From Gordius albopunctatus (lineage: Eukaryota), in NCBI GenBank assembly GCA_964276515.1, contig OZ193910.1:4278001-4342000 (forward strand): a stretch of 64,000 bases of DNA, written 5' to 3'. Both the position numbers and the translations under genes were made by a program. Every line of letters starts with the position of its first letter. The first letter of the stretch is position 1. Below are positions 24,930 through 37,902 of this stretch, piece by piece. The notes beneath the pieces are model-generated. The model was not told the DNA's origin and made no database searches. It saw only the letters and a program-made list of their open reading frames with translations.

Positions 24930-26887
24930 TATAAATGAATGTAGTCTTTAATAAAAACAGATAATATAATGAGTGTTAAAATGATCTACGATCGATAAAT
25001 AGGTTGGCGTCGCTTCAACAATTATTTTTACTTGGGAAATTTTTGATGTCGGATGTGTGGAAAAACCGCACGTGTTAAGGAAATCGCTTTAATCATATGG
25101 TCTTATAACAAATAGTAAAACATCTTATTTTGTTTAACATATATTTATTAATTCCAGCATGTTAAAAGCATTTAAAAATATTGGTGATAGTGATTTTGAC
25201 ATATTTCTTACAACCTTTTATTTCTTACAGCAATTTAATCGTCTCCTATCATATGAAAATATTTTTCAAGTTTTTTATAATTCCAAATATATATCACAAT
25301 GTTGTGAAAGAGAATGTAAACTTGGCGAAATTTTTTATTGTTTTTTTTGATGATTTTGGCCTTGATATGCATGTTTTAAATTAATTTGAAATTTTTAAAA
25401 ATTCCATGTATCTATGCTACAAAATTATATTAAACATTACTTACTGGATATAATATCAAAATTTGCCATAGATCTTATATGTCATGATAAAATGACTTAA
25501 TATTGGGTTATCAAGTCATAATATTTAATAAGATTGAATTGAGGTCGACATGTTACGGGTATTGCTTTCAAAGGCTAATTAGACGTCATTTGTGACCCTA
25601 TGTTTTACTATTGGTACCTTAAGAGAATACTTTATAATTATATCTCGATTATAGCAAATATATTTAGAGTTACTACTGCTTGCAAGTACTTTGAGTTGAT
25701 GTCTATGATCCGTTTCACTTGAAATTATATGGCTGAAGTGCGTAGTGGTTAAACAACTTTGTCTCTAATAACCCTAATTTAGTTAGAGGCTGAAACACGG
25801 TCACTCAAAACTGGCCTAATATGCCTACTTTTTAAGCTTTATTCCCGCTTGCTGTCAAGTAAAGTGTAATGTAAAATGTGAGAGAAAAAGGGCGGTAGTC
25901 TACACTACACCTCAATATATCTTGTTAAGAGGATATTATAATCATCCCCCTCTCTATCCCATGCTACACATTAAATTGACACAATCAATAAAACTGATTG
26001 GAACAAATCGATGACCTAACAAATATAATACTTGATTGCAATGACCTAGTATCAAAAATGCGACATATGCGCTAACCCACGAGTGACTTCAATACTTAAA
26101 ATTCTAGATTGGGTCTTCAACTTACGACCCCTCTTCGCCCGTGAGTTCATCACCGCAACTAATTTTACGAAAAATTTTGTTTAATACAACGTGTGGACAT
26201 GATAACCAGATAAAAAGTTCTATTTATTAGAAAAGATTCAGATCTATAAAAGAGACTAACAAGTGACAGTAAAAGCATAAACAGATTTGATGTTTAAGGA
26301 TGTTCACCAGCTTACTCAGCAGGTTTATTTAAGGTGGTATCTCGCCAATCATATGCAAAATCCTCTATAACTGTATTTTCTTTGAAGCCGTGCCCTAATA
26401 CCCCCTTTTTATACAAAGTCATTTAGTTAAGAGAATTTATAACGTTATATAAAAGCATTTTTACATGTGAATAGTATCATAAAAGACTTATATAGCAAAA
26501 TAATCATGGATATACATAAATATAAAAGACTCAAATATTTCTCATTTTTTAATAATATTTAAACTCTTAATAAAATCCCTTTAGAGGGCCTGGTGTGTTA
26601 ATAATACTTGCTTTTAAGAATCGTTGAGAAAGAATGGCTAAGATTTAATGCAACAATAAATAAATATTGCGTTGCACAGTCATTTTCAATTGTTAATGCA
26701 TTAAATCAATTGCGGAAAAGATTATAAAGGCAAAGGTTTATGCTTTTTACTAATAAAGTGACTTTTAGGGACTGTTAATAAGGTCCTAAAATTTTTCCCT
26801 TTTTTATACAAATATTGTTTTCTGTAAATATCCCCTCATGTGATAAATCTAACAAACATTTATCAGTTCCTAATCAATTGATCTTCT

Positions 26888-28156
26888 ATGACATCGGGTG
26901 ACCTTGGTAATAAAGCTGATTCAATAATTAATTTGAATGTAGGCGGTCAACAATTTTCTACAAAATTAGCCACTCTAATCGAAGATGCTGCAGTCTCATC
27001 AAAATTTAGAGAATGGCTCTTACCAATTCCAAGTCTTGGAAAAGATACTGATGGGCGCTATTATATTGATCGAGATCCTGAGCCATTTTACTTAATTTTA
27101 GAGTATTTGAGGAGAGGATCATTACCTGCGAATTTAGAAAATTACTTAACTGAAATGCTTATTACAGAGGCTAAATACTACAACATACCATCACTAATAG
27201 ATTTCTTGTTAATCACGAAAGAAAATAAAGTTGGTTTTAAACCCGCACTTTCAACATTTAAAGATAATTCAAGCTTCGTGAAATTCAAAGAAGCCTTTAA
27301 AAATATGATTTTACATAGAGTAGTGGAATGTTTGAAAAATGATTATACAGACGATATCAAACTTTGGATATATTTATCAAGCGACAACGATCAACAAAAT
27401 GTAAATGGCGAAAAGGCAAGTTTATTTTTGTGATTAAATTGAACACTAATTCCCAAAAACAAAGTGGTTCGATTAATTTCTAAAACCGCTTTATTTTTAA
27501 GGTTACTTTAAAATTAATCTTGTGAGCTATTATATTAAAACATTTTGGGTTTATATATAGAAATGTCTTGTAAATAATAATCAACTTTTAAAGCCCATCC
27601 TTTTAAGTATAAAATTCTGTTGTTACAAAAATTGCATTGCTAGAAAATTTTGCAAAAAATGTCAATCATATATGTTTATAAATATTTAATATGAATTTTT
27701 GTTATATTGCGTTGCAAGGAATCTTATGGGATTGACGAAAATTTATTTGCTGAGGCTATTGCAATATCGGAAAGTTTCATAATCTTGTTAATGCACGGAA
27801 TAAATAAGAGCAATCCGACTCCCTTAGATGTCAGTAATGATAAAGATATATTCAAAACCTACAAAAACTTAATTCTAAATTCAGCGTGGGAATTAAGCAT
27901 ATCAGGTTTTTCAATTCGACTTAAAACTCCTATCTTAAAAAGTGGCAATTTAAAAATTCCAAATTCACTAGTAGAAGTATGCTTTCCTTTTATTTCAAAA
28001 CAGAATAGTGAAAGTTTCGATTCAAAGCTTGATATTTTGCGAGACATCGATTCCTTATTAACAGCAATTAGTAACCGAATGAAAATTATAAATTTGGGGG
28101 CTCTAAGATTGCAGAGCGTCTCCGAGCGAGGTGATCTTAATAAAAGCAAAATATGA
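26888..28156 (+). CDS. BTB/POZ-domain (KCTD/T1-type) protein; probable exons 26888-27415 (or -27400) and 27719-28156
   Basis: IINLNVGGQQFSTKLATL...DTDGRYYIDRDPEPFYLILEYLRRG..LITEAKYY is a T1-type BTB domain. Phase-0 donors aat|gtaaat (27401) or aag|gcaagt (27416) join in frame to acceptor gcaag|gaa (27718). The second exon is inferred. Confidence 0.75.
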
Positions 28157-28370
28157 TTTAATGTTTTATATTATATAATAACTTAGTAAAATAAAATATT
28201 TTACCTGTTACAAATACCTCACAACCCAGTAATTTTTCGAAGAGATAAAAGGCATTTTTAACAAAACAAAACGATAAGATTTACCACGTGTTGGTTATAT
28301 TTTAATGTGTTTTAGAGATGCCTCATTTTAATCAAAATTGCTATGTCTTCTATTAATCCCAAAATAAGTA

Positions 28371-31024
28371 TCTATATATATAAAGTAAGGTCTATGTATG
28401 TGTGTATGTATGTATGTAACGGCTAAATTCTGAAACTACCGGCCCGATTCGCGCGAAAATTTAGCCGTAGATGCCCAGGGATGCCAGGAGTAAAATAGCT
28501 TTTTCAGATTCCTAAAATATACCTTTTCGTTTTAAAAATATCGGACATTTACCGGCCACTTTCATTTATAGCATCATATACAATAATGACGTCATACATA
28601 CAAGGCTGAAGTTTTCTCGAATTAGATATTTAAAAGTATAATAAAAATGTTACAGTCTACGGTCAAAATTATTGTGGTATAATCAACTATTTAAATTATT
28701 ATCACGTGGTCGACCATAGAAGCATATTTTTAATAATTATCCATCCTTCAATTAATTATTTTATTATATTAAAGAAAATTGTATTTCAAATAAATCAGCT
28801 AACTAGAAACATAAAATAATGGTATTATTGTATAATAAGTAACAGCATTGATCAGTAATTTTTTCAAAAACATTTAATTTTAGTCGAATTTGATGACTAA
28901 AACAGAATTCGCATTTGGTTTGTCTTATTATATATATACTAAAAATAGTGGGTTCATAAAATCCATGACGTTGTAAAATTCGTGCTCTAAATAAATATTA
29001 TGGATATTTTATTTATTTGAATTATTATTTCATATATGACCCCATTATAGATAAGTCTTATTAATAGGTTATACTAAGTGGCGTAAATACGGGGGGGGGG
29101 GGAACGGGAAATTCCCCCCGGAAAAAAAATTCTTTTAGATCTAATGTTTATATTTTATAGTTGTGCAACGTAACTGACCAAGTAAGACACTTACTAATTG
29201 CTATGCAATGCAATTTATACTTTTTTTTATTTTTGAATCAAATTTCGACAAAAAGACTATTAACTATTATTGTTGTTTTCCTTTTGCGATATGAAACGCT
29301 GCAACTTTGCTCACTGCATTACGACAATGTAAATATATTATTTCCCTTCTATGCCTAAATAAACTCTTTGGCTATACGTCCATATTATGCAAGCAATTGC
29401 AAAAAAAGGACCTAGATCTTCAGCAAGTCACACAGTTAGCCGAAGCTTTAGTAAATCAAATGAAATTAATAAGAAACAATGTTGATGAAGAGTTTCGGGA
29501 AATTTTTTTAGTAGCCGAAGCTTAGGCTAAGTTGTATGATTTTGATCTTAAGAAATCTCGATATGCAAAGAAGCAAACTTGTCGAAGTAATATTTTAACT
29601 GAATCCATTGAGGATTATTAAAAAATCACTATTTTTATACCTTTGCTCGATATGTTCATTCTACAACTCAATGAACTGTTCGTGGACAAGAAACAAGTTT
29701 TGGCAAATTTCCAAATATTATTTCCTTCGAATTCTTTGATTGTTTCGCCAGAAACGCGGATGAAAATAAACTATCTATGGGACTTTTATTCCAATGATCT
29801 TAAGGGGACAAACGAAGACCTTAAATCAGAATTTGATAGTATATGGTATATGGCGTTGTCTCAGACGTCAGAAGAATTTCGTCCAAAGAATCCTTTGGAC
29901 GCCCTATCAGGTTATAAAATATTGGAATCTTTACCCAACATCACAACTCTTCTTTACCTCTTAGCTTGTCTTCCTATCACTACATGCACCAATGAAAGAA
30001 GTTTCTCAACGTTGAGGAGGCTTAAAAAGTATATAAGAAATACTATGTCGAAAAATAGATTAAATGGATTGGCCCTTTTAGCGATTCATCGGGAATTAGC
30101 TCCCACTCCAGATGAAGTTCTTGAGATATTTTCGCTGGGAAAAAGAAAATATAAAATTATTTTATAATGATTTTCTTTATTTAATTTTAATGTTGAAAAG
30201 AAAATGCTATAAAAAGGGCCAATCCATTTAATCTATTTTTTGACATAGTATTTCTTATATAAGAGCTAATAGGCAAAGAAGAGTTGGACGAAATCCTTCT
30301 ATAATTTATTTTCATTCGCGTTTCTGGCAAAACAATCAAAGATTCAGAGGTAATATTATTTAAAAATTTGCCAAAACTTGTTTCTTAAGTTCAAAATCAT
30401 ACAACTTAGCCTAAGGTTCGACTACTAATACTAAAGTTTCTGCTAACTGTCTAACTTGCTGAAGATCTAGAGGTGCTTTAAATTTGCAGCTTCTGTTGCA
30501 ACATCGTAATCATACCAGCTTGCTTCAATTTCTCCTTATTTGGTTTATCTTCCATTTCTGACAACATTTCAACTCATATTTCTGGCTCCATCATATCCCT
30601 TGCCTCTTAACAAATTTATATTTATATTGAGACCTTTTATGCTCTTTATAATTAAGTCGCTTAGCCCTCTTTTATTGTTAATGTAGAAGAGTCAATATAT
30701 CGAGCACACCAATTAGGTAATTATAAATTGATATAATCTCATTTTAAAAGTGAGGACTTAAGTAGTAGCACGGTACCTTAAAAGAGCTCTAAAATTTCCT
30801 TCTCCAGATGACGCTGAGAAAAAGAAAACATGAAATTATTTATAATGACTTTCTTTATGTTTTATACCAGATTTTATAATTTTGATTTTGAAATAAAAAT
30901 GGTATAAAAAATTTTGCAAATTTCACCCCCCCCCCCGCAGAGAAAATCCTGGCTACGCGCCTGGTTATACTTATTTAACCATTTAAGGACTGAGCCAAAG
31001 CAACGCTTGGCCGGGCACAGCTAG
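28371..31024 (+). mobile_element. Non-autonomous Helitron carrying a nested hAT insertion
   Basis: 5' a|TCtatatatataaag with a (tatg)n microsatellite; 3' hairpin gccaaagcaacgcttggc followed by CTAG|t; inserted between A and T. A second copy lies at 63735-64000. Confidence 0.85.
29076..30963. mobile_element. hAT (Tip100/ZMYM/THAP12-like) transposon remnant
   Basis: Perfect 8-bp TSD gttatact (29068-29075 and 30964-30971); ends aagtggcgta / tacgcgcctg. Plus strand 29307-30167 encodes LQKKDLDL...LACLPITTCTNERSFSTLRRLKKYIRNTMSKNRLNGLALLAIH. Minus-strand transposase remnants lie at about 30205-30820. Confidence 0.9.
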
Positions 31025-31142
31025 TATAATATAAAATTGAGTAAAATATGTTGAACTATCGAGCGCAATCATATTCTACATGAAATTAGAACTTAAACTA
31101 TATGTAGGTAATTGATTCAAACCATTTCACAAATAGCTACAA

Positions 31143-31255
31143 CTAGATGAACCCGGAAAACGTTGTTTTGCCATTTACCCTGGTGTATTAAATTATGTTG
31201 GAATTTTAGGGCATGTATGATGATGATAAAGCTAGAAACATATGGTAATTACCAA
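31143..31255 (-). mobile_element. Helitron 3' end fragment
   Basis: Reverse complement of the hairpin + CTAG end at about 56675-56760. Confidence 0.7.
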
Positions 31256-31334
31256 CTCGGATTTGGCTTACAATATTAAAATATATAATTATAGCAATAA
31301 TATAATCTGTAGAAAACGATATACAAATATACGT

Positions 31335-31730
31335 ATTCACTAGAGTTGTTAGATTGCTAACTTTAGCAATGCTAACTATGTGCTATGGTCGAGCACGAAC
31401 AGTAGCTGAGTAATATGCTAGTTTAAAACAATGAGTGCTAACTGCTCGGTGCAATAGTTTTAACAGTAGCACGTAAAAATGCTCGAGAGGTTAGTCGAAG
31501 CAGCCAAATCTGTTAAAAAATTTAGCAGGAGCTCGAGCAGTAAATTCGAGCAGATAGTAGATTGAAATTAATGGATGTCCTAAAGTAATGAATGTGAACT
31601 AATAGAGTTAATAATATTTAACCATGAAGAGCTATTTTTTTATGGTATATGGAGATAATATATCTTGTTAAAATTTAGTAACTTACAATATTTGCTCATA
31701 TTATATATCATAAATAAATTAAGAACTTTG
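31335..31730 (+). repeat. Diverged direct repeat of about 42705-43008 (probable TE end)
   Basis: Shared blocks such as gagtgcta..tcggtgca, agtcgaagca..aatctgtt and gctcatattatat..cataa..taaattaagaa. Confidence 0.7.
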
Positions 31731-31866
31731 CCCCCCCCCCTTATTTTTTATCCTCTTTCTCACCAGAGAGGAGATGGGGGCCCCCGGTGAGAAAGAGGAT
31801 AAAAAATAGGGGGGGGAAGCAAAACACCCTCCCCCCTGGTGAGAAAGAGGGTAAAAAATAGGGGAA
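31731..31866. repeat. Short G/C-run palindrome
   Basis: Arm cccc..ttattttttatcctctttctcacc pairs with ggtgagaaagaggataaaaaatagggg, which is present twice. Confidence 0.7.
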
Positions 31867-33770
31867 TTAGACAGGATTTGCTGCGATTGATAGTCAGGTT
31901 CCAGCATTTGGCTAAGTACAGGAATCTCCTAGTGTCGGCTAAGACCAGTGTGTCGGAGGGCCCATATATTAGAATGTCGTCCAAATATACGTTGTATTTG
32001 GATTTCGTGATAGATTTTTTACATAAGTCTAGCATGATTTTTTGTAACACATATGGGGAGAAACTTGCCCCCATGGGCAGGACCTTGTATGCATATTTGC
32101 GCCGTCGGTACCGGAACCCAAAGAATTTTGCAGAGTCCGTGCTAATGGAATGGAGAAAAAGGCAGCCTTCATATCTATCTTAGTCATGTACTTTGCCTCG
32201 GATAATGAAGAGGCGATGAGCGGAATGGATTTCAGCGAGAAGGGGTATTTCACAAAGTTTTTGGATATTTGAGATAAGTCCGCAATCAATCGTGGTGATC
32301 CATCGCTTTTGGGAATGAAGTACATAGGGGAGGGAATGGTTCCAGGGTTTTCTCGTACGATGTTTGAAAGAATGATCTCGTCAATCAAAGGCTTGTGTTC
32401 CCGTGGGATCGCTTTAACATATCTGGGAATGTGGTATTTGCCCTGGTTGTCAATGATGGCTTTGCGAGAGAGTTTCGGTTTGAATCCATATTTAGCAATC
32501 CTAAGAGTGAAGTTACTTTGCAGTCTATGTGGTTTCAGGATCGTGGTTCGAATGGATAATGGTAAATCAAACCTGGTGAATGAGGAGAGGGGGTGGGATG
32601 GGAAGGAGGGAATATTGGACGGTTCGCTGATGACAGGTGGGCCTTCGCTATCCAAGCCCACTTCCGTCCATTGAGAAGCGAAAAGTCCCGGCACATTTGT
32701 ATGTTCAGGTAGCGACGTGCTGAAGGGATGTGGCAACTCCTTCAGCTCCGGGCCATCGTCGGGAGAAATGGAGTTGATAGCGATGCTTCTGGCAATGGCC
32801 GAGTAGTTGATAAGCCATGTTGGAGCATTTCCATTCCTCACCGACCTTGGCGGGTTATCACCGCTGCCAAGGGTCGCCGCTACTGTCCTTACATATCTAC
32901 GTTCTCTCCGCCCGAAGCAGAGGCGGCCCTTTGGATTGAGAGCCTTTCTTCCTTTGACCATGCCGTGGATCAGGAGCACGAAAAAGCTGGACAGGCTCGG
33001 TGTATTGCCCATGCCCATTTTCTCAGCCCAATCTTTAGACTTTCCGGTGACGGCTTGCCATCCATAGTAGGAAGCCATTGCTAGCGTTCTGACATGGTCA
33101 GAGAATTTGTCAACGGTTTTGTTGAAGTCCTCTATTGAGTCACCCAGACTGAGCAGGAATTCTGCTTCATGTTTTTGGTAAGCAGGCATCGTGTAATTGG
33201 TTTCGATTGACTCACGTAGACCTTTGAGCCGGAGTTTGAGTATCTCAATATTGGAGCTTGGCAGGTTGCTGGGACGTGCTCTTTCCCTTGCTAAGAGCGC
33301 ATCCAGTTCTGCACGTATCATGGTGACGGTGTCCGTGACTTGGGATGGTGCCCAATGTGGTGGGTTATCTACAACCCCGATCGTTTCCTCACTCCTTCCC
33401 AGAAGTCTTCTTTCAATCTTGGCGTCCATAGTCGCTAGCCGATCCAGAATCGTTTTTACCATTGATTCTGATCCTATTGCGTCACAGCTAATAGTAGCAC
33501 CCGTTGAAGATTTATCTGGGGATGACATCGGAGCGTTTTGAAGTGACGAATTTATTTTACTAAGGGACGTCGACTTGGAGAAATATTTATTAAGGGGGGT
33601 GGTATCCGAAATGTTCTTTCTAGAAGAAGTTCTTCTTGGCATAAGCCAATTTAACCACAAAAAGGGGGATTTTTGGAGAAATACTAATAAATTAACACAC
33701 CGACGAGGGCAAGGGTTCAATAAGACACGAGGGGGAAAATAGACAAAAAGGGGATCCTTCTCTCTCTGAC
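31863..33770 (-). mobile_element. 5' half (gag-like + RT) of a DIRS-like retroelement with hepadnavirus-like RT motifs; frameshifted and truncated
   Basis: ORF from the ATG at 33642. Gag-like LAMASYYGWQAV, then SPMYFIPKSDGSPRLIADLSQIS and KIDMKAAFFSIPL. After a frameshift at about 32140: YKVLPMGASFSPYVLQ, VYLDDILI, LTINRSKSCLIP, where it breaks off. Confidence 0.85.
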
Positions 33771-33829
33771 AATTATGGAGGAATCATAACTATAAATAAT
33801 ATATCTAAAATTTACATAAAAATTATCTA

Positions 33830-34100
33830 GAGACGAATTTATCCCTATATTGATAATGACTTACGGACTAACAAAGCCGGTTTCCGAAATTCCAAGACAA
33901 CAACTGAACATATTCAAAACCTCAGGAACATCATCGAAATCTCCTCTAAAGCAAAATCTCCTTTAATCTTGACTTTTGTTGACGCTCACAAAGCCTTCGT
34001 GTCGCTTTCTCGCTTCTACATATGGGAATCCTTATGTCTCATAGGAATCCCAAAAAATTATAATTAGGCTTATCTTCTTTCTCTATGAGGAGAAGGACAT
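33830..34100 (+). mobile_element. LINE reverse transcriptase fragment
   Basis: KAGFRNSKTTTEHIQNLRNIIE...PLILTFVDAHKAFVSLSRFYIWESL. Confidence 0.75.
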
Positions 34101-34734
34101 CCTCACGAATTTCCTCCCCTCCTCTCCTGAAAATGCTAGCTACGCACCTGATATGTACTATATTGAAAAATAGTAAATCTAATGAATAGGCTGCAATCTT
34201 TAACAACCTTTATTCATATTTTAAGTCAACAGTTGATAATTTTTTTTTAAATTATAGAAATACGTACATCATCTAAACGATTCCTTGTAAAAATATTATA
34301 ATCATATTTATATAAAATTGTAAAAATTTGACAATTAGGTCGCGCACAATTAGATGTTATTGTCCGATGATCATTTTTAATTAATAAGTTGATCAAGTAA
34401 GGTAGCTTATTGCAAGGAATTAGATTGTAAAATGCACGGGTGAAGCGGGGTATAATGAGAATCAAATAATAATGGTTTTCGTAAATAGAAGATACGCTCA
34501 TGTGACCAACGAGGTTTGTTGCGTAGGATAGGTGCCCAACTAAAGAGAGTAGTAAATAAAGTCATAATAAAACACTTTTAAATTACATAATATTTTTCCG
34601 AAATCTGAGTAAAAGTAAATAAATATTGTTTAAATACCCCAATAGACCGATCACTTAAATCGCGATTAGATTATTCACGGTCCAATATTTATTGAAAACT
34701 CAGATACCAAATTGCGAAGTTTAATATTACCCGA

Positions 34735-37169
34735 CTATTTGCTGTTCAAGCAAGCCGAGGCGTTAGGCCCTGAGACGTGAAAGAATGCGTAAGTGGTAGG
34801 ATACAACGGGATCAAACCTTCGCTTATCGACAATAAATTTGGTTTGATATGGGGTAAAGAACCGTTGGACAAGAGTTTAAGCGTGCTGTTGTTGAGCTTA
34901 ACAGTGGTGCTGTTTAATCCGTTTGAAGGTGTAAGATAGTAGGCGTAAACGCGTGGAAATTTAACAGTTAATGCTTCCACCTTGATATTAACTAAATAAG
35001 GATTTAAGTTCATCGCGTATAAAACAACGTCACCCGGTGTATAGTGAGGTGCGTTAGGACTCGCGCAATGTGCATACACTCTAACCCTCTTTCCTGTAAA
35101 TTTGCGAAAGTGATACGCCTCTGATGGTTTTTCGTCATGTCCCTTTCTTAGCCGCCTTCCCCTTTGCTGACCTTTTTTTGAGGTTTCATTGACCTCTAGA
35201 TTCCACCGTTTATGAATGAATTTAGCAATGGTTTCATTCGCTTCTGGCCACTTCTTGTATGAATCGCTCACGTAAGATTTAGCCTTCCATTTACCATTAG
35301 AGCGACACTTGGGTGTGCATTCTTTTTTTGCTGACTTAATTTTTAAAACATTCGGTCCCACTAATAATTTATATAAAATAGCTATCCAATAATCTGGGTT
35401 TGGATCATTGTGATTATTAATTAGAGCATAATATCCTGAATACAGCGATTGACGCACTAAAACGGTCAAGCCGTTTTTAGCGCATAGACCAATCTTGTCC
35501 AAAAACATGAAACCAGCGACATAACTAAATAAATTGAAGATTAATAATTTTTTCACATATAAATACATCTTAAATTAAAACCAATATGGAAAGTGTTTAG
35601 TGGTTCTATTACTCTGACTCTCGTCAACTGCTAAATATAAAAATCACGCACTATATGGCCGTTCTAGATAATGTTAGCTTAGTGTTTAATAGAATAATGT
35701 AAAACTGCTTGAAAATTTAATAGTAAAAGCAGAATTTGGTCACCTTAGGGGAGCAGCCATTATTTTTTTATAATCAGCATTTAATTTTTAAAAGCATCAA
35801 CGATTATTTTAATGTACTTTAATTATTTTATTATGTATGGTACCTATAACAACTCTAACGAATCTAATCTAGTGTTGTTGATAGTTCAAAAATCAGTTTG
35901 CGTTCTCTAAATCACTACCAATTCTGCCCTCACAAATTTAAATTCTGGTTACACCCATGTGTATATTTTAAAAACTAAATAAATTGTTTAATCGTTAAAA
36001 TTTGCAATGTCGCTTGATTTAATCAAGTAATTTCAACTTACCGGTAACCCACAATCTTATTATAGAGATAATCATAGTTATATTTACCGATCGGTGTAAT
36101 CATGTGTGCCACCGCCCCACGTGGACCCGCCTTCGCCCAGCCATATATCTTTTTTCATGGGTAAATCATCAAGTATTTGCCTTTTTAGTAGGCGAATTTC
36201 AAAAGCGAATTCATCCAGGAGAAAGGAATCAATAAAATCGGTGAGAACGGATTCCTTTCCACTCTTGTAGTAATGATGCCACGCAAAATGTTTCAAACTT
36301 TTAAGGCAGTTAAGAGAATGCAATCTACTCAAGAAACTTCTTAAAAAAATTTTCGATGGTGGTTTTATTCCCGTAACATCGGGACCTGCTATGGCATCGA
36401 CCTCACCGTTATTATCATCATTGTACAGAGAACAATTTTTCACGAGGTGAGAAAGTGTGGCAAAATCAGAAGCCAATACGTCGGGATCTATACTGACGTT
36501 ATACTTTGATGGAAAGATGTTAGGTTCGTTTCCTAATTCCCAAACCACATTTACTTTTGAATGGCGCTTCGCAGTATAATCCATGAGGGTCGCAGCGTTA
36601 GTCGGATCCCAGCTGCCAACGAAGTCAACAAACTTATTCGTAGCTAGGTCGTTAGGTTTGCGCAGCATAACGTTAAGCCCAAAAATAAGTTTCCAATTAA
36701 TATGATTTACAAAGTTTAATATGATGTCCCACAAATGAGGCGACAGATTAATTAAGCCTTTGACTTTTTGTAGGGAACTTTGTTGAAGTTGGGCATAACA
36801 ATTGTCACTAACGTTGCGATTTTTTCCCGGTCGGTGCTTTTGACTGTATTTCCTTATTGGAACGTGTGAGCAATTAAAGACGATGGAGTCAGAAGCCGTT
36901 CCTCCAATCCTCAAATAAGCGGGCCCGAGATTTCTAACCATCTCCCTGAACACGCGATTGGTCAGTAGGGATTTCATGTAATCGGGCCTTTTAATCATGT
37001 GTGAATCTAGAGCATAGCTCAAAAATCTATCTTCGGTGCGATGAATCACTTTGTCTATGTTAATTATAAAGACATGAGTCTCATTTAGCCCCAAATCATA
37101 ATTTGATTTTATATGAAAACGTCTAGCGAAAAGGAACAATAATAAATTTAGGATATATAACTTAATCAT
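34735..37169 (-). CDS. HPSE: Heparanase (glycoside hydrolase family 79); exons 37169-36088 and 35524-34735, 623 aa
   Basis: Hydrophobic N-terminus; FLSYALD; PAYLRIGGTASD; LIFGLNVMLR; WELGNEPN (acid/base Glu); WHHYY; IWLGEGGSTWGGG (nucleophile Glu); DR|YVAGFMFLDKIG; PNPDYW; RVYAHC. One phase-2 GT-AG intron keeps the frame (1872 nt). Confidence 0.93.
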
Positions 37170-37902
37170 GTAAAAATGTATAAAGTTACACGTTTCACCA
37201 ATTTTGTATAATATATTTTAGCGTCGTTGACTTTGCAAGCGAATATTAAATTGCCAGGAAGGTGATGCCCAAAAGCTTATCATTGGTAAATAGCTAAATG
37301 TTGTTCAACAGTCAGCTCGGGGTAGCAACATTCATAGGACGAATCCATAATAAACACGTACAAATTACGAAGCTGCAGAAATTTTGGCCAAACATTAACT
37401 TTTAAACAAGCATTTAAACGCGGGGAGGGCAGGCCGAATGTTTATTGTTTTTACAAATTACAGCATATTGTAAGATGCCCACTTTACAATTTTTTGTTTT
37501 ATTAATTTTTACAAATATAACGGGTAATTTTAATGTTTTTAAATCACAATTATTGAGGTATATAAAATTTATGGCTCCTTGAATTCTTTATCCTTAATCT
37601 GTTTTTAAAATGTTTATAACTTGGAATAAATGAATTTAAACTGTTTTTATTTTTGACTTTGCGGTTTTTTAATTGCTATGCAATTTATTCTATTAAATTT
37701 TCTCTAATAAAATTCGGGACAAGGTCATTATTCAAGGGGAATTTTTCGGAATTTGTACGAGCAGAATTTATGGAAGAAGCGGTACACCTCAGTATAAAAT
37801 CTACGATATGCTTCATCGCCAACCAAACAGGGACACTAGTGTCATCCCGGTGTAAAATGGCGAACGTCAATTACGAATTGCTATTGGTTAAAAACACGAA
37901 AA

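Noticed and set aside
25730..26020. tRNA/SINE-like start (ggctgaagtgcgtagtggtta)
   Set aside because: Only an A-box-like motif; no B box, cloverleaf or second copy in the window.
31839..33541. Several plus-strand ORFs of 86-121 aa over the retroelement
   Set aside because: Antisense to the gag/RT frame in relatively GC-rich DNA, with no motifs.
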